A DNA stretch of 64,000 nt, taken from contig CAVPSB010000013.1 of NCBI GenBank assembly GCA_963708025.1, positions 480,001 to 544,000 of the forward strand, read 5' to 3'. The position numbers and the translations under genes were made by a program. The notes beneath the pieces are model-generated. The model was given only the letters and a program-made list of their open reading frames with translations, was not told the origin of the DNA and ran no database searches. Source of the stretch: an uncultured Candidatus Rokubacteria bacterium (lineage in GTDB: Bacteria; Methylomirabilota; Methylomirabilia; Rokubacteriales; DASRDR01). Below, piece after piece: positions 27,969-37,573 of the stretch (its first letter is position 1; every line of letters begins with the position of its first letter).

Positions 27969-28933
27969 CACGCGTACCGGATGCGGGGATCGAGCCAGGC
28001 GTACAGGAGATCCACCAGCAGGTTGATGACGAGGAAGATCACCGCCATCACGAACACCAGGGCCTGCACGGTCGGATAGTCGCGCTGGCTCACCGCCTGG
28101 GCGAGGGCGCTCCCCATCCCCGGCACCGAGAAGATGATCTCGACGATCACGATGCCGCCCAGGAGCCGCCCGCCCCACCACCCGATGAAGGTCACCACCG
28201 GCAGCAGGGAGTTGGCGAGCGCGTGGCGGTAGACGATGGCGCGCTCGGCCAGTCCCTTGGCGCGCGCGGTGCGGACGTAGTCCTGGCGGATCACCTCCAG
28301 GAGCTGGGAGCGCGTGAGACGCGTGATGGGGGCGCTGATGTAGTAGGCCTGCACGAGGGCCGGCCAGATGAGTTGCTTGAGGTTCTCGACCGGGCTGGTC
28401 CAGAGCGCGACGAACTCCAGCGGCGGCAGCCACTGGAAGAACCGCACCAGCAGGTAGAGGACCAGCACCCCGGTGAAGAAGATCGGCAGGCTGAGCCCGC
28501 TGAGGGAGAGCAGTCGCACGAGGTAGTCGGCCCAGGTGTTCTGGCGCACGGCCGACACGACGCCGAGCGGCACCGCCCACACGATGGCGATGAGGATGGT
28601 GAGCACGGCCAGCTCGAGCGAGCGGGGCACCCGCTCTCCGAGGATCTCGGCGACGGGCCGGCGCTGCGTGTACGACTGGCCGAAGTCGCCGCGCAGGGCG
28701 CTCCCCAGCCACCCCGCGTACTGCACCAGCACCGGGCGGTCCAGGCCGAGCTCGGCGCGGATCTGCCGGATCTGCTTCTGCTGGATGGCGCTCGCCTCGC
28801 TGCCCGTCTGGTAGACGAGGATCTCGGCGATGTCGCCGGGCACCACCCTCAGGATGACGAAGATGAGGAGGGACGCGCCCACGAGGGTGGGGACGAACAG
28901 CAGCAAGCGGCGGACGACGTAGCGGCGGCCCAC
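27968..28933 (-). CDS. Peptide ABC transporter permease (DppB-like)
   Basis: LGLDRP, GDFGQS, QDYVRTARAKGL, QRDYPTVQ, YAWLDPRIRY. Confidence 0.94.
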   Translation of the reverse strand: MGRRYVVRRLLLFVPTLVGASLLIFVILRVVPGDIAEILVYQTGSEASAIQQKQIRQIRAELGLDRPVLVQYAGWLGSALRGDFGQSYTQRRPVAEILGERVPRSLELAVLTILIAIVWAVPLGVVSAVRQNTWADYLVRLLSLSGLSLPIFFTGVLVLYLLVRFFQWLPPLEFVALWTSPVENLKQLIWPALVQAYYISAPITRLTRSQLLEVIRQDYVRTARAKGLAERAIVYRHALANSLLPVVTFIGWWGGRLLGGIVIVEIIFSVPGMGSALAQAVSQRDYPTVQALVFVMAVIFLVINLLVDLLYAWLDPRIRYA

Positions 28934-28963
28934 GTGGACCGTGACGCCCGGGGGCCCGGGCGC

Positions 28964-29575
28964 TCAGCCGTGACGCGCGTCCGGGCTCGGGACGAGCGCG
29001 CGGTCGCCCGCTGGCGGCGGCAGGGGCGCGGAGGCCGTCACCCCCGCTCCGATCGTCTCGCGGGCGAAGGAGTCGCGGATCTCGCGCCTCGGCGGCGGCG
29101 CCGGCCAGATGGGCAGCCAGCCGGCCAGGCGATGCGCCTGCACCCGCGACCGGAAGTACTGCTCGTGGTCCCACTCGACCTCCGCCATGGTGAGCAGGCA
29201 GTCCACGAACTCCGGCCGGCCGGCCCGCACCGCCAGGCGCGCCGCCGTCTCGTATTCCACGATGTTGCCGCGCTCGAGCCGGCCGGCGCCGTACATGGGC
29301 GCCAGCCAGCCCATCACGTGACACAGGACGCCGAGCGTCCGCCCGATCTTGCGGGCCCGTCGCTCGCGGTCCCCGGACGGCTCCGTCCCGATCCGGGCCA
29401 GCATGGCGCCCACCAGATCGCGGTGATGCCACTCGTCCTGCTCGATCTGGCGGATCCGGGCGCGGTCCTCGGGGTCCCGGACCGAGCGCCCGTGGCCCCG
29501 GTACGCCAGCGCGGCGGCAAGCTCACCCGAGTAGGCGCCTCGGAGAATGGCCACGAGCCCCTCGAGATCACTCAT
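28964..29575 (-). CDS. Ferritin-like di-iron protein (Coq7/rubrerythrin-like fold)
   Basis: SGELAAALAY, DEWHH, LERGNIVEY, VEWDH: E...ExxH repeated twice. Confidence 0.75.
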   Translation of the reverse strand: MSDLEGLVAILRGAYSGELAAALAYRGHGRSVRDPEDRARIRQIEQDEWHHRDLVGAMLARIGTEPSGDRERRARKIGRTLGVLCHVMGWLAPMYGAGRLERGNIVEYETAARLAVRAGRPEFVDCLLTMAEVEWDHEQYFRSRVQAHRLAGWLPIWPAPPPRREIRDSFARETIGAGVTASAPLPPPAGDRALVPSPDARHG

Positions 29576-29603
29576 GCCGCACCCCCTCTCCGGTCACACG
29601 CGC

Positions 29604-29990
29604 TCAGAACATGGTGTTGCCGTGGGCCGCGGTCTCGGGCACCTCCTGGATCACGTCCCAGTGCTCGACGATCTTGCCGTTGTCGTCGAGCCGGAAGATG
29701 TCGATGCCGGCACAGGCCCGCGCGCCGGGCCACTCCTGCAAGCAGTGGAGGACGACGTAGTTCCCCTCGGCGATGGCGCGCTTCACGTGGACGCGCTTGC
29801 CGGGGTATTCCCGGGCCATCCGCGTGAAGAACTGGATGAACGCCTCCTTGCCGTCGGCCACGCCGGGATTGTGCTGGATGTAGACGGCCCCGGCGTACCG
29901 CTCGATCGCCTCGGCCGGGCGGCTCTGGTTGAACATCAGGTCGTAGAAGGCGATGACGGTCTGCTTGTTCTGCTGGAGCCGGTCGGTCAT
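29604..29990 (-). CDS. SnoaL-like / ester cyclase family protein
   Basis: [41 protein letters not shown]. Confidence 0.9.
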   Translation of the reverse strand: MTDRLQQNKQTVIAFYDLMFNQSRPAEAIERYAGAVYIQHNPGVADGKEAFIQFFTRMAREYPGKRVHVKRAIAEGNYVVLHCLQEWPGARACAGIDIFRLDDNGKIVEHWDVIQEVPETAAHGNTMF

Positions 29991-30171
29991 CGGCCGTCCC
30001 TCCTCGCCCGCCGGTCCCGGTGGCCTCGGCCCGCGTTTGGCCCGCGCCGGCGGCGGCGATGCGCTAGAATCCCAGACAAGTGTACGCCCACTCGACGACG
30101 CCGACCGACGGCCGCTCGCCCGCCATCGTCCGCCCGCCCGCGCCCGGGGGCCGGGGCTGAGCGAGGCGCCC

Positions 30172-31191
30172 ATGGAGTTCGGCCTCTTCACCGAGTTCCA
30201 GTGTCCGCCCGGGATGAGCGAGGCGACCGCGTTCGAGGAGTCGATGGCCCAGATGCGGGCGGCCGAGGACCTGGGCTTCGACGCCGTGTGGCTGGGCGAG
30301 CTGCACTTCCAGAAGGACCGCTCCGTCCTCGCCTCGCCGCTGGTGGTGGCGGCGGCCATCGCGGCCTGCACCCGCCGCGTCAAGATCGGGATCGCGGTCC
30401 AGGTGCTGCCCCTGAGCCATCCCCTGCGCCTGGCCGAGGACGTCGCCACCGTGGATCATTTGTCCCACGGCCGTCTCGACTTCGGCGTGGGCCGGAGCGG
30501 CCTGCCCGGCCACTACCAGGGCTTCAACATCCCGTACGGCGAGAGCCGCGACCGCTTCTCCGAGACCCTGGAGATCCTCGTGAAGGCCTGGACGCAGGAG
30601 CGCTTCTCCCACGCGGGTCGCTACTACCAGTTCCGCGACGTGTGCGTGACGCCGAAGCCCTACCAGAAGCCTCACCCGCCCCTGCGGATCGCCGCCACCT
30701 CCGAGGAGACCTACCCGATGGTGGGCCGTCTGGGCCACCCGCTCTTCGTCGCCGTGCGGACGAGCGCGATCTCCGGCCTCCGGCGCTTTCTCGGCGGCTA
30801 CCACGAGGCGTGGCAGGCGGCCGGTCACCCCGGGCGCGGCGACGTCGCCCTCCTCGTCCCCGTGTACGTGGCGGAGACGGCGCGCCAGGCCCGCGAGGAG
30901 CCGGAGGCCAGCACCCGGCACTGGTTCCGCTCGATCGCCGAGGCGCTGATGCAGTCGCCCACCCGGCGGGCGGAAGCGGAGCGGCTGGCGGTCGTCACCT
31001 ACGAGGACATCCTCGCCGAGCAGGTGGTCTACGGGACGCCGGAGGCGGTGGCGGAGCGGCTCGGCGCGCTGCGCGTGGAGCTGGGATTCTCGACGCTGTC
31101 GGTGTGGATGAACGTGGGAGGCCTGATCCCGCACGAGCGCGTGCTCGCATCGATGCGCCTCTTCGCGGAACGGGTGGCGCCCCGCCTCTAG
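30172..31191 (+). CDS. LLM-class flavin-dependent oxidoreductase
   Basis: [63 protein letters not shown]. Confidence 0.94.
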   Translation: MEFGLFTEFQCPPGMSEATAFEESMAQMRAAEDLGFDAVWLGELHFQKDRSVLASPLVVAAAIAACTRRVKIGIAVQVLPLSHPLRLAEDVATVDHLSHGRLDFGVGRSGLPGHYQGFNIPYGESRDRFSETLEILVKAWTQERFSHAGRYYQFRDVCVTPKPYQKPHPPLRIAATSEETYPMVGRLGHPLFVAVRTSAISGLRRFLGGYHEAWQAAGHPGRGDVALLVPVYVAETARQAREEPEASTRHWFRSIAEALMQSPTRRAEAERLAVVTYEDILAEQVVYGTPEAVAERLGALRVELGFSTLSVWMNVGGLIPHERVLASMRLFAERVAPRL

Positions 31192-31238
31192 ACAGCGTCC
31201 GAGCACCCACCCACGAGCGAGGCCGGTCTGACCTCCCG

Positions 31239-32903
31239 TCACGCCTCCTCGTGGACCACGCGCCCGCCGACGACGGTCAGGCGCGACTCGATCCCCGGGA
31301 GCTCCTCGAGCGGCGCCGCCAGCGGGTCGCGGTCGAGCACCGCCAGGTCGGCGGCGTAGCCGGGCGCCAGGACGCCGCGCTCGCGCTCCGCGAACGTCAC
31401 CCACGCGCCACCGACCGTGAGCGCACGGAGCGCCTGGACCCGCGTGAGACGCTCGGAGGCCCCGAGGATCTCGCCGGTCGTCATGTCGCGCCGCGCGACG
31501 GCGGCCGCGAAAGCGAGCCAGGGGTCGGCGGGCTTGTTGTCGGTGGCGAGGCCGAACGGGATCCGGTGGCGGGCGAGGCTCCGGTGGGGCACGAGCCGCT
31601 CGGCCGCCCCGCCCAGGCGCGCGACCTCGGCGGCGCCCGAGCGCCAGAGGTAGCTGATCGGGTTCGTCGTCACCACCGCCCCGAGCCGCCGGATGCGCGC
31701 CAGCTCGTCCGGCGTCGCGCCCGCCGGGTGGACGAGCACCCAGCGCCGCCCGGCGATGGGTGTCCGGGCGTGGATCGCTTCCCAGGCGTCGAGCACCTCC
31801 GGCAGGCAGCGCGTGACGAGCGTGCTGACGCGGAGTCCATGGCGCGCGGCCAGCTCCGCCTGCACGCGGTAGGCTCGGGGCGAGTTCGCGCTCTCGACGA
31901 AGCCCGCCCAGCCCGTGTAGGGCTGGCTCTGGTGCAGGAGGCGCGCGACCTCCGGGTCACCCCCCCAGTGCAGGCAGATGCCCGCGATGCGCAGGCAGTC
32001 GTCGCCGGTCCCGCGGCCGCCCGCCCACGCCGCCCACTCCGGGATCGCGCGCGCCCCCTCGACCGGGCCGTACCAGGTCGGGCTCAGCGCGAGCATTGCC
32101 CGCAGCACGAGCTCGCCCCGCTCGTGCGCCTCGCGATAGACCTGGAGCACCTCCGGCGCCACCCCGTGGCCCTCGTAGACCGCGGTCACCCCGCGCGCCG
32201 CGTAGCGACGCTGCGACACACGGAGTGCGCGGAGCCGGTCGCCAGGCGTGAACCGAGGAGCCGCCCGCATGACGGTGAACTCCAGCACCTGGATCGCGTT
32301 CGATTCGACGAACACCCCGGTCGGCTCCCCGGTCGCGTCCCTCAGGATCTCGACGCCACGGGGCGGGACCGTGTCGCGCGTCACGCCGGCTCGCGCGAGG
32401 GCGAGGGTGTTGGCGCTCGAGTAGACCGGGGGCTTGTTCCAGTAGCCCCAGATGCCGCGGACGTAGACGGGATGCTCGGGCGCGGCGGCGTCCAGGTCGG
32501 CGCGCGTGGGCCAGCGCCGCTCGGCGAGCGCGTGCGGCGCGTCCTGGTAGAAGGGCGGCGAGCCCACCGGCATCGTCACGATCCACTCGCCCCGCGGCGT
32601 GCGGGCGGCCCGGCGCCGGATCACCGCCTGGACGTCATTGATCGAGCGGCAATGGGCGAGCGAGGGGGAGAGGGTCTTCAGTCCCTCGCGGTCGAGGTGG
32701 GCGTGGGCGTCAACGAGGCCGGGGACGACGGTGGCCCCGTGGAGGTCAACGACGCGCGTCCGCCGCCCGCGCCAGGCCCGCTCGTCGGCGCGCGCGCCCA
32801 CGGCCACGATGCGCCCGCCCGCCGCCGCCAGCGCCGTGGTCGACGGCCGGCGGGGGTCGAGCGTGACGATCCGGCCGTCGAGGAGGACGAGATCGGCCGA
32901 GAT
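31239..32903 (-). CDS. Amidohydrolase 3 (YtcJ-like) family protein; no canonical start upstream of the conserved N-terminus
   Basis: ADLVLLDGRIVTLD, VVDLHGATVVPGLVDAHAH, RGVLAPGYAADLAVLD, LTVVGGRVVH; homology extends upstream of the GTG at 32807. Confidence 0.88.
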   Translation of the reverse strand: MSADLVLLDGRIVTLDPRRPSTTALAAAGGRIVAVGARADERAWRGRRTRVVDLHGATVVPGLVDAHAHLDREGLKTLSPSLAHCRSINDVQAVIRRRAARTPRGEWIVTMPVGSPPFYQDAPHALAERRWPTRADLDAAAPEHPVYVRGIWGYWNKPPVYSSANTLALARAGVTRDTVPPRGVEILRDATGEPTGVFVESNAIQVLEFTVMRAAPRFTPGDRLRALRVSQRRYAARGVTAVYEGHGVAPEVLQVYREAHERGELVLRAMLALSPTWYGPVEGARAIPEWAAWAGGRGTGDDCLRIAGICLHWGGDPEVARLLHQSQPYTGWAGFVESANSPRAYRVQAELAARHGLRVSTLVTRCLPEVLDAWEAIHARTPIAGRRWVLVHPAGATPDELARIRRLGAVVTTNPISYLWRSGAAEVARLGGAAERLVPHRSLARHRIPFGLATDNKPADPWLAFAAAVARRDMTTGEILGASERLTRVQALRALTVGGAWVTFAERERGVLAPGYAADLAVLDRDPLAAPLEELPGIESRLTVVGGRVVHEEA

Positions 32904-32939
32904 GCCGTCGCCTCGGGCGGAGCGCGTCCGCGGGTCGAG

Positions 32940-33812
32940 CTAGCTCATCCCCGGCACGAAGGCGTCCCGCCCGCGCTGATAGGTCGGCTGCCGCTGGGCC
33001 GGATTCCGGTTGACCAGCGGGCGCAGGTAGAGCGGGCTCAGGAGGCTCCGGACCTCGTGCTCGATCGTGAAGAGCGGTCGGTTCGTGTCCGGATCGACGA
33101 TGTCCTGGAACCGGTACTGGTACCAGTTGCTCTCCTCGGTGACGAGCCCGCGCTCGCCGAGCCACCGGTGCGGCCCCGAGAAGTTCGCGATGTAGATCTG
33201 GAGATGGTGGCCGTCGTAGACGGGCATCGGGTCGGCGGTCTCCCGGAAGACGAGCTCCTGCTGGGGACCGACCGTCACCCGCGCCGCCGTCCCGCCGCCG
33301 TTCCGGACCACCGCCGCCGGCGCGCCGAAAGCGGCCCGGTAGAACCGCGCGACCCCGTCGGCGGCCCCCGGCTCGACCGGGAACTCGACGTAGGGCATGC
33401 CGAGCGTCATGGTCCCGAAGGCGGGACCCGGCGCGTAGCAGCGGATCACGTTGCCCCAGGGCGAGACCACGCGGACGTGCTTGTCCTCCACCGCGTACTC
33501 GAACTTCGTCCCCGCCAGCCGGGGCTTGACGGCTTCCAGTCGCCCGGGCAGCTCGTCGTGATCGGGGATGACGAGGCCCACGTGGCCGCGGAGCACCTGG
33601 GGCCGGCCGGTGGGCAGGTGGAACTGCTGCTGCCCGATGTTGACCCACATGTTCTCGAGGCCGGGCATCAGGTACGGGTCACGGGTCAGTCCGAGGCCCA
33701 CCACGTAGAAGAGGGTGGCGACCTGCTGGTCGGGAACCATCACGTTGACGTGTTCCAGCGCCACGATGTTGCCGACGTCCTGGGTGCTCCGGTCGTGCGT
33801 CTCGCCCGCCAT
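32940..33812 (-). CDS. VOC/glyoxalase-like two-domain protein
   Basis: AAGGAGG RBS; LEHVNVMVPD, FYVVGLG, QQFHLP, YDGHHLQIY. Confidence 0.72.
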   Translation of the reverse strand: MAGETHDRSTQDVGNIVALEHVNVMVPDQQVATLFYVVGLGLTRDPYLMPGLENMWVNIGQQQFHLPTGRPQVLRGHVGLVIPDHDELPGRLEAVKPRLAGTKFEYAVEDKHVRVVSPWGNVIRCYAPGPAFGTMTLGMPYVEFPVEPGAADGVARFYRAAFGAPAAVVRNGGGTAARVTVGPQQELVFRETADPMPVYDGHHLQIYIANFSGPHRWLGERGLVTEESNWYQYRFQDIVDPDTNRPLFTIEHEVRSLLSPLYLRPLVNRNPAQRQPTYQRGRDAFVPGMS

Positions 33813-33884
33813 GGCTGGCCTCCTTGGTCGGATTGCCGTTGCGCCGTCCAGCATAGCGCGGTTCCCGGGCCCGGACAACGAACG

Positions 33885-35240
33885 CTACCCGGGGGAGGGC
33901 CACACGGGCCGGGCCGCGAGCGGATTGGCCGCGGGGTGCAGGACGTCGGTCGCCCAGCCGAGGTCGAGCCGCTCGCCGAGCCAGCTCGGACACCCCGTCC
34001 GCGCGTCGATCGCCAGGCCGCGCGCTCGATTCGCCGTGACCAGCGCCCAGATCGGGTCGGCCGGCACTCCCGGCGGCGCCGGCACCTCGGGGATCGGCCG
34101 GCCGTTCGGCGTGCGGAAGTGGAGCGTCCCGTCGGCGTCCCGCTCGACCTGGTAGCCCTCCTCGTGGACGGCCCCGTGGTGACGTCGACACAGAAGGGCA
34201 AGATTGTCCAGCCGCGTCGGGCCGCCGTTGGCCCAGTGGTGGAGATGATGCCCCTGGGCGTGGCGCACCCCGCAGCCCGGGAAGCGGCAGCCGTGGTCCC
34301 GCGCCTGGAGTGCCCGCCGCAGGGCCGGCGGGATTGCTCTGGTCCGCCGCCCGACGTCGAGCACCGAGCCGTCCCCCGCGTGGTGCATCACCACCCGGGT
34401 CGCGTCGCACGCCAGCCGCCGGGACGTCTCCGCGGAAACGCGCACGCCGTCCTCGAGCGCGGACTGCCCGGGCTGCTCGGGGTCGGCCAGCGCCGCGGCG
34501 TCCACGTGGACCACGACCTGGTACCGCTCGCTCCCCGCGCCGGGATCGAGCCCGTGCCCGAGGGCCGTCTCCGCCACCAGCGCGAGGGCGTCCGCCCGCT
34601 GCTGGCCGTGCGTCGGGAGGTCCCCGTCCACCCCCGCCTCGGGCGTGGCCCGCGCCCGCGCGTACAGCGCCTCCCGCGCCGCCTCCAGCGCCCGCACCAG
34701 CACCGCCCCCACCTCCGGCGTGAGCCGCCCCCGCACCACCAGCATCCCGTCCTCGTCCGGGTACACCTGGAGCGACCGCCCCCGGTGGCGCGCCGCCGCC
34801 TCCCGCCCCTCCACCTGCCGGTCCACCCGCCGCCACCCCCGCACGATCCGCTCCACGTGGGCCGCCGTCCCCGCCCGCCCCACCGCCAGGAGCCGCGCCT
34901 CGGTCTCCGGCGTCGCGACCCGCGTGAGGGCGCGCACCTTCGAGTACGACAGCTCCCCGCGCTCCAGGGCCGCCGCGAGCTGGGGCAGCCCCCCCAGTGC
35001 CCGCGCCACCCGCACCCGCTCCCGGGCCGCTCCCAGATCCAGCCCGACCCGCCAACTCAGCCATTCGGCGCAGGAGCGGGCCCCGTTGGCCCAGCCGCCC
35101 TGCGCGTCGAACTCGCGGAGCAGCACCAGCAGCCGGGCGGTGGCGGCGTCGAGGTGCGCGGAGAGCTCGGCGATCTCGTCGCCGAGCTGGTCGAGATCGG
35201 CTGCGGGGGACAAGGGCGCGAGCGTCGTCACAAGCTGCAT
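33885..35240 (-). CDS. DUF222 / HNH endonuclease (13E12 repeat family)
   Basis: CAEWLSWR, LSYSKVRA, RRLACDA, ARDHGCRFPGC, HHLHHWANGGPTRLDNLALLCRRHH. Confidence 0.92.
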   Translation of the reverse strand: MQLVTTLAPLSPAADLDQLGDEIAELSAHLDAATARLLVLLREFDAQGGWANGARSCAEWLSWRVGLDLGAARERVRVARALGGLPQLAAALERGELSYSKVRALTRVATPETEARLLAVGRAGTAAHVERIVRGWRRVDRQVEGREAAARHRGRSLQVYPDEDGMLVVRGRLTPEVGAVLVRALEAAREALYARARATPEAGVDGDLPTHGQQRADALALVAETALGHGLDPGAGSERYQVVVHVDAAALADPEQPGQSALEDGVRVSAETSRRLACDATRVVMHHAGDGSVLDVGRRTRAIPPALRRALQARDHGCRFPGCGVRHAQGHHLHHWANGGPTRLDNLALLCRRHHGAVHEEGYQVERDADGTLHFRTPNGRPIPEVPAPPGVPADPIWALVTANRARGLAIDARTGCPSWLGERLDLGWATDVLHPAANPLAARPVWPSPG

Positions 35241-35492
35241 GGCGAGCCTCCTGGCTCGCACTCTATCACCCGAATTTCGGGCCACCTGGTAGGCCATCTG
35301 ACGGCCGCTCGTCAACAGAGGAATGATTTTCGACTCCACACCGGCGCCGCGTGGCACCACGCGGCAGCACGGCCCGCTGGACGGAACTGACGCCGAGGCC
35401 GCGACCGCAGCGCGCGGCCGATCCGAAGTCGTGTCAAGCGGAAAGTGCGGCGTGGACGTGAAGAGTGTGCCCCACCGGCGACCCTGCGGCGA

Positions 35493-36425
35493 CTACGCGC
35501 CGAGGCGGCCGAGCCGCTCCGTCAGCAGCTCGAACAGGCGGTCGGCCTCGACGCGGGTGACGACGTGGCAGTTCGGCGGGTAGCCGGCCAGGTGCCGCTC
35601 CCGCGCGCGGACGATCGTCTGGCCGAGCGTCCGGGGCGACTCGCACTCCACCGCCACGTGGGCGTCGACGCCGCCGAACAGCGCGGGGTCGATCAGGGAC
35701 GCGATGACGCACGGGTCGTGCAGGCGCGGGTCGGCGCCGCCGTAGGCGCGCACCATCCGGGCCGCCGCCCCGGTGACCGGGCTGGCCACGGCCTCCCAGG
35801 TGGCGAGGCGGTCGGCCGTCGCCCGGGCCTGCCGGGTGACGTCGAGACCGAACATCGTGAGCGGCACGCCGGATCCCAGGACCACGTGGGCCGCGTGCGG
35901 ATCCACGAAGACGTTGAACTCGGCCACCGGCGAGACGTTGCCCGGACAGAACGCGGCGCCGCCCATGAAGAGGATCCGGTCCAGTCGCCGGGCCAGGCGC
36001 GGCTCCTTGATCAGGGCCAGCGCGGCGTTGGTCATGGGCCCGACGCAGCAGAGCGTGACGGCCCCGCCCTCCCCCGCCAGCGCCTGCTCGATGATGAAGT
36101 CAACGGCGTGCTGGGGCCGCAGCTCGAACGCAGGCTCGGGGAGGCCCACGTCGCCCAGGCCGTCCTTCCCGTGGACCGATGCCGCCGTCTCCCCGACCCG
36201 CGACATCAGCGGGCGCGCGCACCCGGCCAGCACCGGCACGTCGCGCCGCCCGGCCAGCGTGCAGACGCGGCGGGCGTTCCGGGCGGTCGCCGCCAGCGGC
36301 ACGTTGCCGGCGACGCAGGTGATGCCGAGGAGCTCGATCTCCGCCGGCGAGGCCAGGGCCAGCAGGATGGCGATGGCGTCGTCGACACCCGGATCACAGT
36401 CGAGGATGACGCGGTGTCGCGCCAC
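35493..36425 (-). CDS. Nucleoside hydrolase (IU-NH family)
   Basis: VILDCDPGVDDA, VHGKDGLGD, GPMTN, AEFNVFVDPHAA, LHDP. Confidence 0.94.
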   Translation of the reverse strand: MARHRVILDCDPGVDDAIAILLALASPAEIELLGITCVAGNVPLAATARNARRVCTLAGRRDVPVLAGCARPLMSRVGETAASVHGKDGLGDVGLPEPAFELRPQHAVDFIIEQALAGEGGAVTLCCVGPMTNAALALIKEPRLARRLDRILFMGGAAFCPGNVSPVAEFNVFVDPHAAHVVLGSGVPLTMFGLDVTRQARATADRLATWEAVASPVTGAAARMVRAYGGADPRLHDPCVIASLIDPALFGGVDAHVAVECESPRTLGQTIVRARERHLAGYPPNCHVVTRVEADRLFELLTERLGRLGA

Positions 36426-36439
36426 GGAGGGGCCCGGGC

Positions 36440-37519
36440 TCACACGTCCCGGCCGGTGTAGCCGACGAACGGCGGCTCGCCGGGCTCTTGCTTCGACGGC
36501 ATCGAGATGCGGAACTGGCAGGTCGCGTCGCCGCGGGTCTTGATGCCTTCGAACTGCACGATCATGTCGGGGTGGTACCGGCGGTAGTACGTCGGGTGCA
36601 GCTCGTAGTCGTAGATGTAGCCGAGCTGGAGGCCGCGCCGGCCGAACTCGCCCCACACGGCGGCGTAGGGACACCACGTGCAGTCCTGGTGCCAGGATCC
36701 CTCGGTCAGCAGGCCCGGCGCGAATCGCCAGATCGAGATGAGCTGGCCGTCCCAGTGGTCCATCAGCGTCTTGACGTTGAGGTCCCAGCCGGCGGCGAGG
36801 TGGGCCGCCTTCTGGCGGTCGGCGCGCTCGTAAGCCAGGTCCCGGACCTGCTGGCGCAGCGCCGCCTCGCCCAGCATGTCGAAGCGCTTCGTCTCCTCGT
36901 CGGCGCAGAAGTAGTACAGGGCGCCATTGTTCATGGCCGTGCGGCGGGCCAGCTCGACCGAGTCCTCCAGGCGGTCGAAGACGCGCGAGTGCACCGGCGC
37001 CGAGGGACCGTCGGCGCCCGTCTCGACCCGCCACGTCACCGTCCACGGGCGTTCCAGGTCGAGGGCGGCGGCGTCGAAGGCCACCGAGACGCCGAGGCCC
37101 TCGGCCAGGCCGGGCAGGACGCCGCGGTAGTAGAGGCGGGCGATCTCGACTCCCGCTTCGTACTCGCGCCAGCGCTGCCACTCCGGCGCCTCGCGGACGG
37201 TGACCGTCACCGCGCGATCCGTTCCCTCGATGGACCCCGCGCCCGTCTCGGTGAGCAGGTGGAGGTCGGCCATGTCCCAGTGCTCGATGACGGTCCGCGC
37301 GGTGAGGGCGGTGCTGGCCTTCTCGAGCGCCGTCCGGATCAGCCCGGCGCGATACTGCCCGTACCGGTGGAGACCCCGCAGCACCGTCGTCTCGCCCTCG
37401 TCACCGAGCCGCTTCGCGGCGGAATGGGCGAAGTGACGACTGAACATCGCCTGGAAGCGCATCAGGTCCTGGCAGCTCTGGACGACGCCCGCGCGGTCAA
37501 CCTGCTCGTCGAATCCCAT
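36440..37519 (-). CDS. Tandem ATC-hydrolase-like (V4R-related) domain protein
   Basis: Two similar halves; the C-terminal half has WCPYAAVW...TRGDATCQF. Confidence 0.62.
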   Translation of the reverse strand: MGFDEQVDRAGVVQSCQDLMRFQAMFSRHFAHSAAKRLGDEGETTVLRGLHRYGQYRAGLIRTALEKASTALTARTVIEHWDMADLHLLTETGAGSIEGTDRAVTVTVREAPEWQRWREYEAGVEIARLYYRGVLPGLAEGLGVSVAFDAAALDLERPWTVTWRVETGADGPSAPVHSRVFDRLEDSVELARRTAMNNGALYYFCADEETKRFDMLGEAALRQQVRDLAYERADRQKAAHLAAGWDLNVKTLMDHWDGQLISIWRFAPGLLTEGSWHQDCTWCPYAAVWGEFGRRGLQLGYIYDYELHPTYYRRYHPDMIVQFEGIKTRGDATCQFRISMPSKQEPGEPPFVGYTGRDV

Positions 37520-37573
37520 GACGGTCCCTCCCGAGCCTGGCCCGGCCGGCGCCGGCCCGCCTCGGCTGTCGCG

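Noticed and set aside
32940-32942. Pyrrolysine at the in-frame TAG
   Set aside because: The TAG is at a natural domain end, not a catalytic position, and no pyl genes are in the window.
29547-35390. 1947-aa plus-strand ORF, and similar long ORFs such as 12246-15110, 5931-8462 and 6107-8473
   Set aside because: Shadow frames of recognisable genes in GC-rich DNA; Arg/Pro/Gly-rich or antisense, with no motifs.
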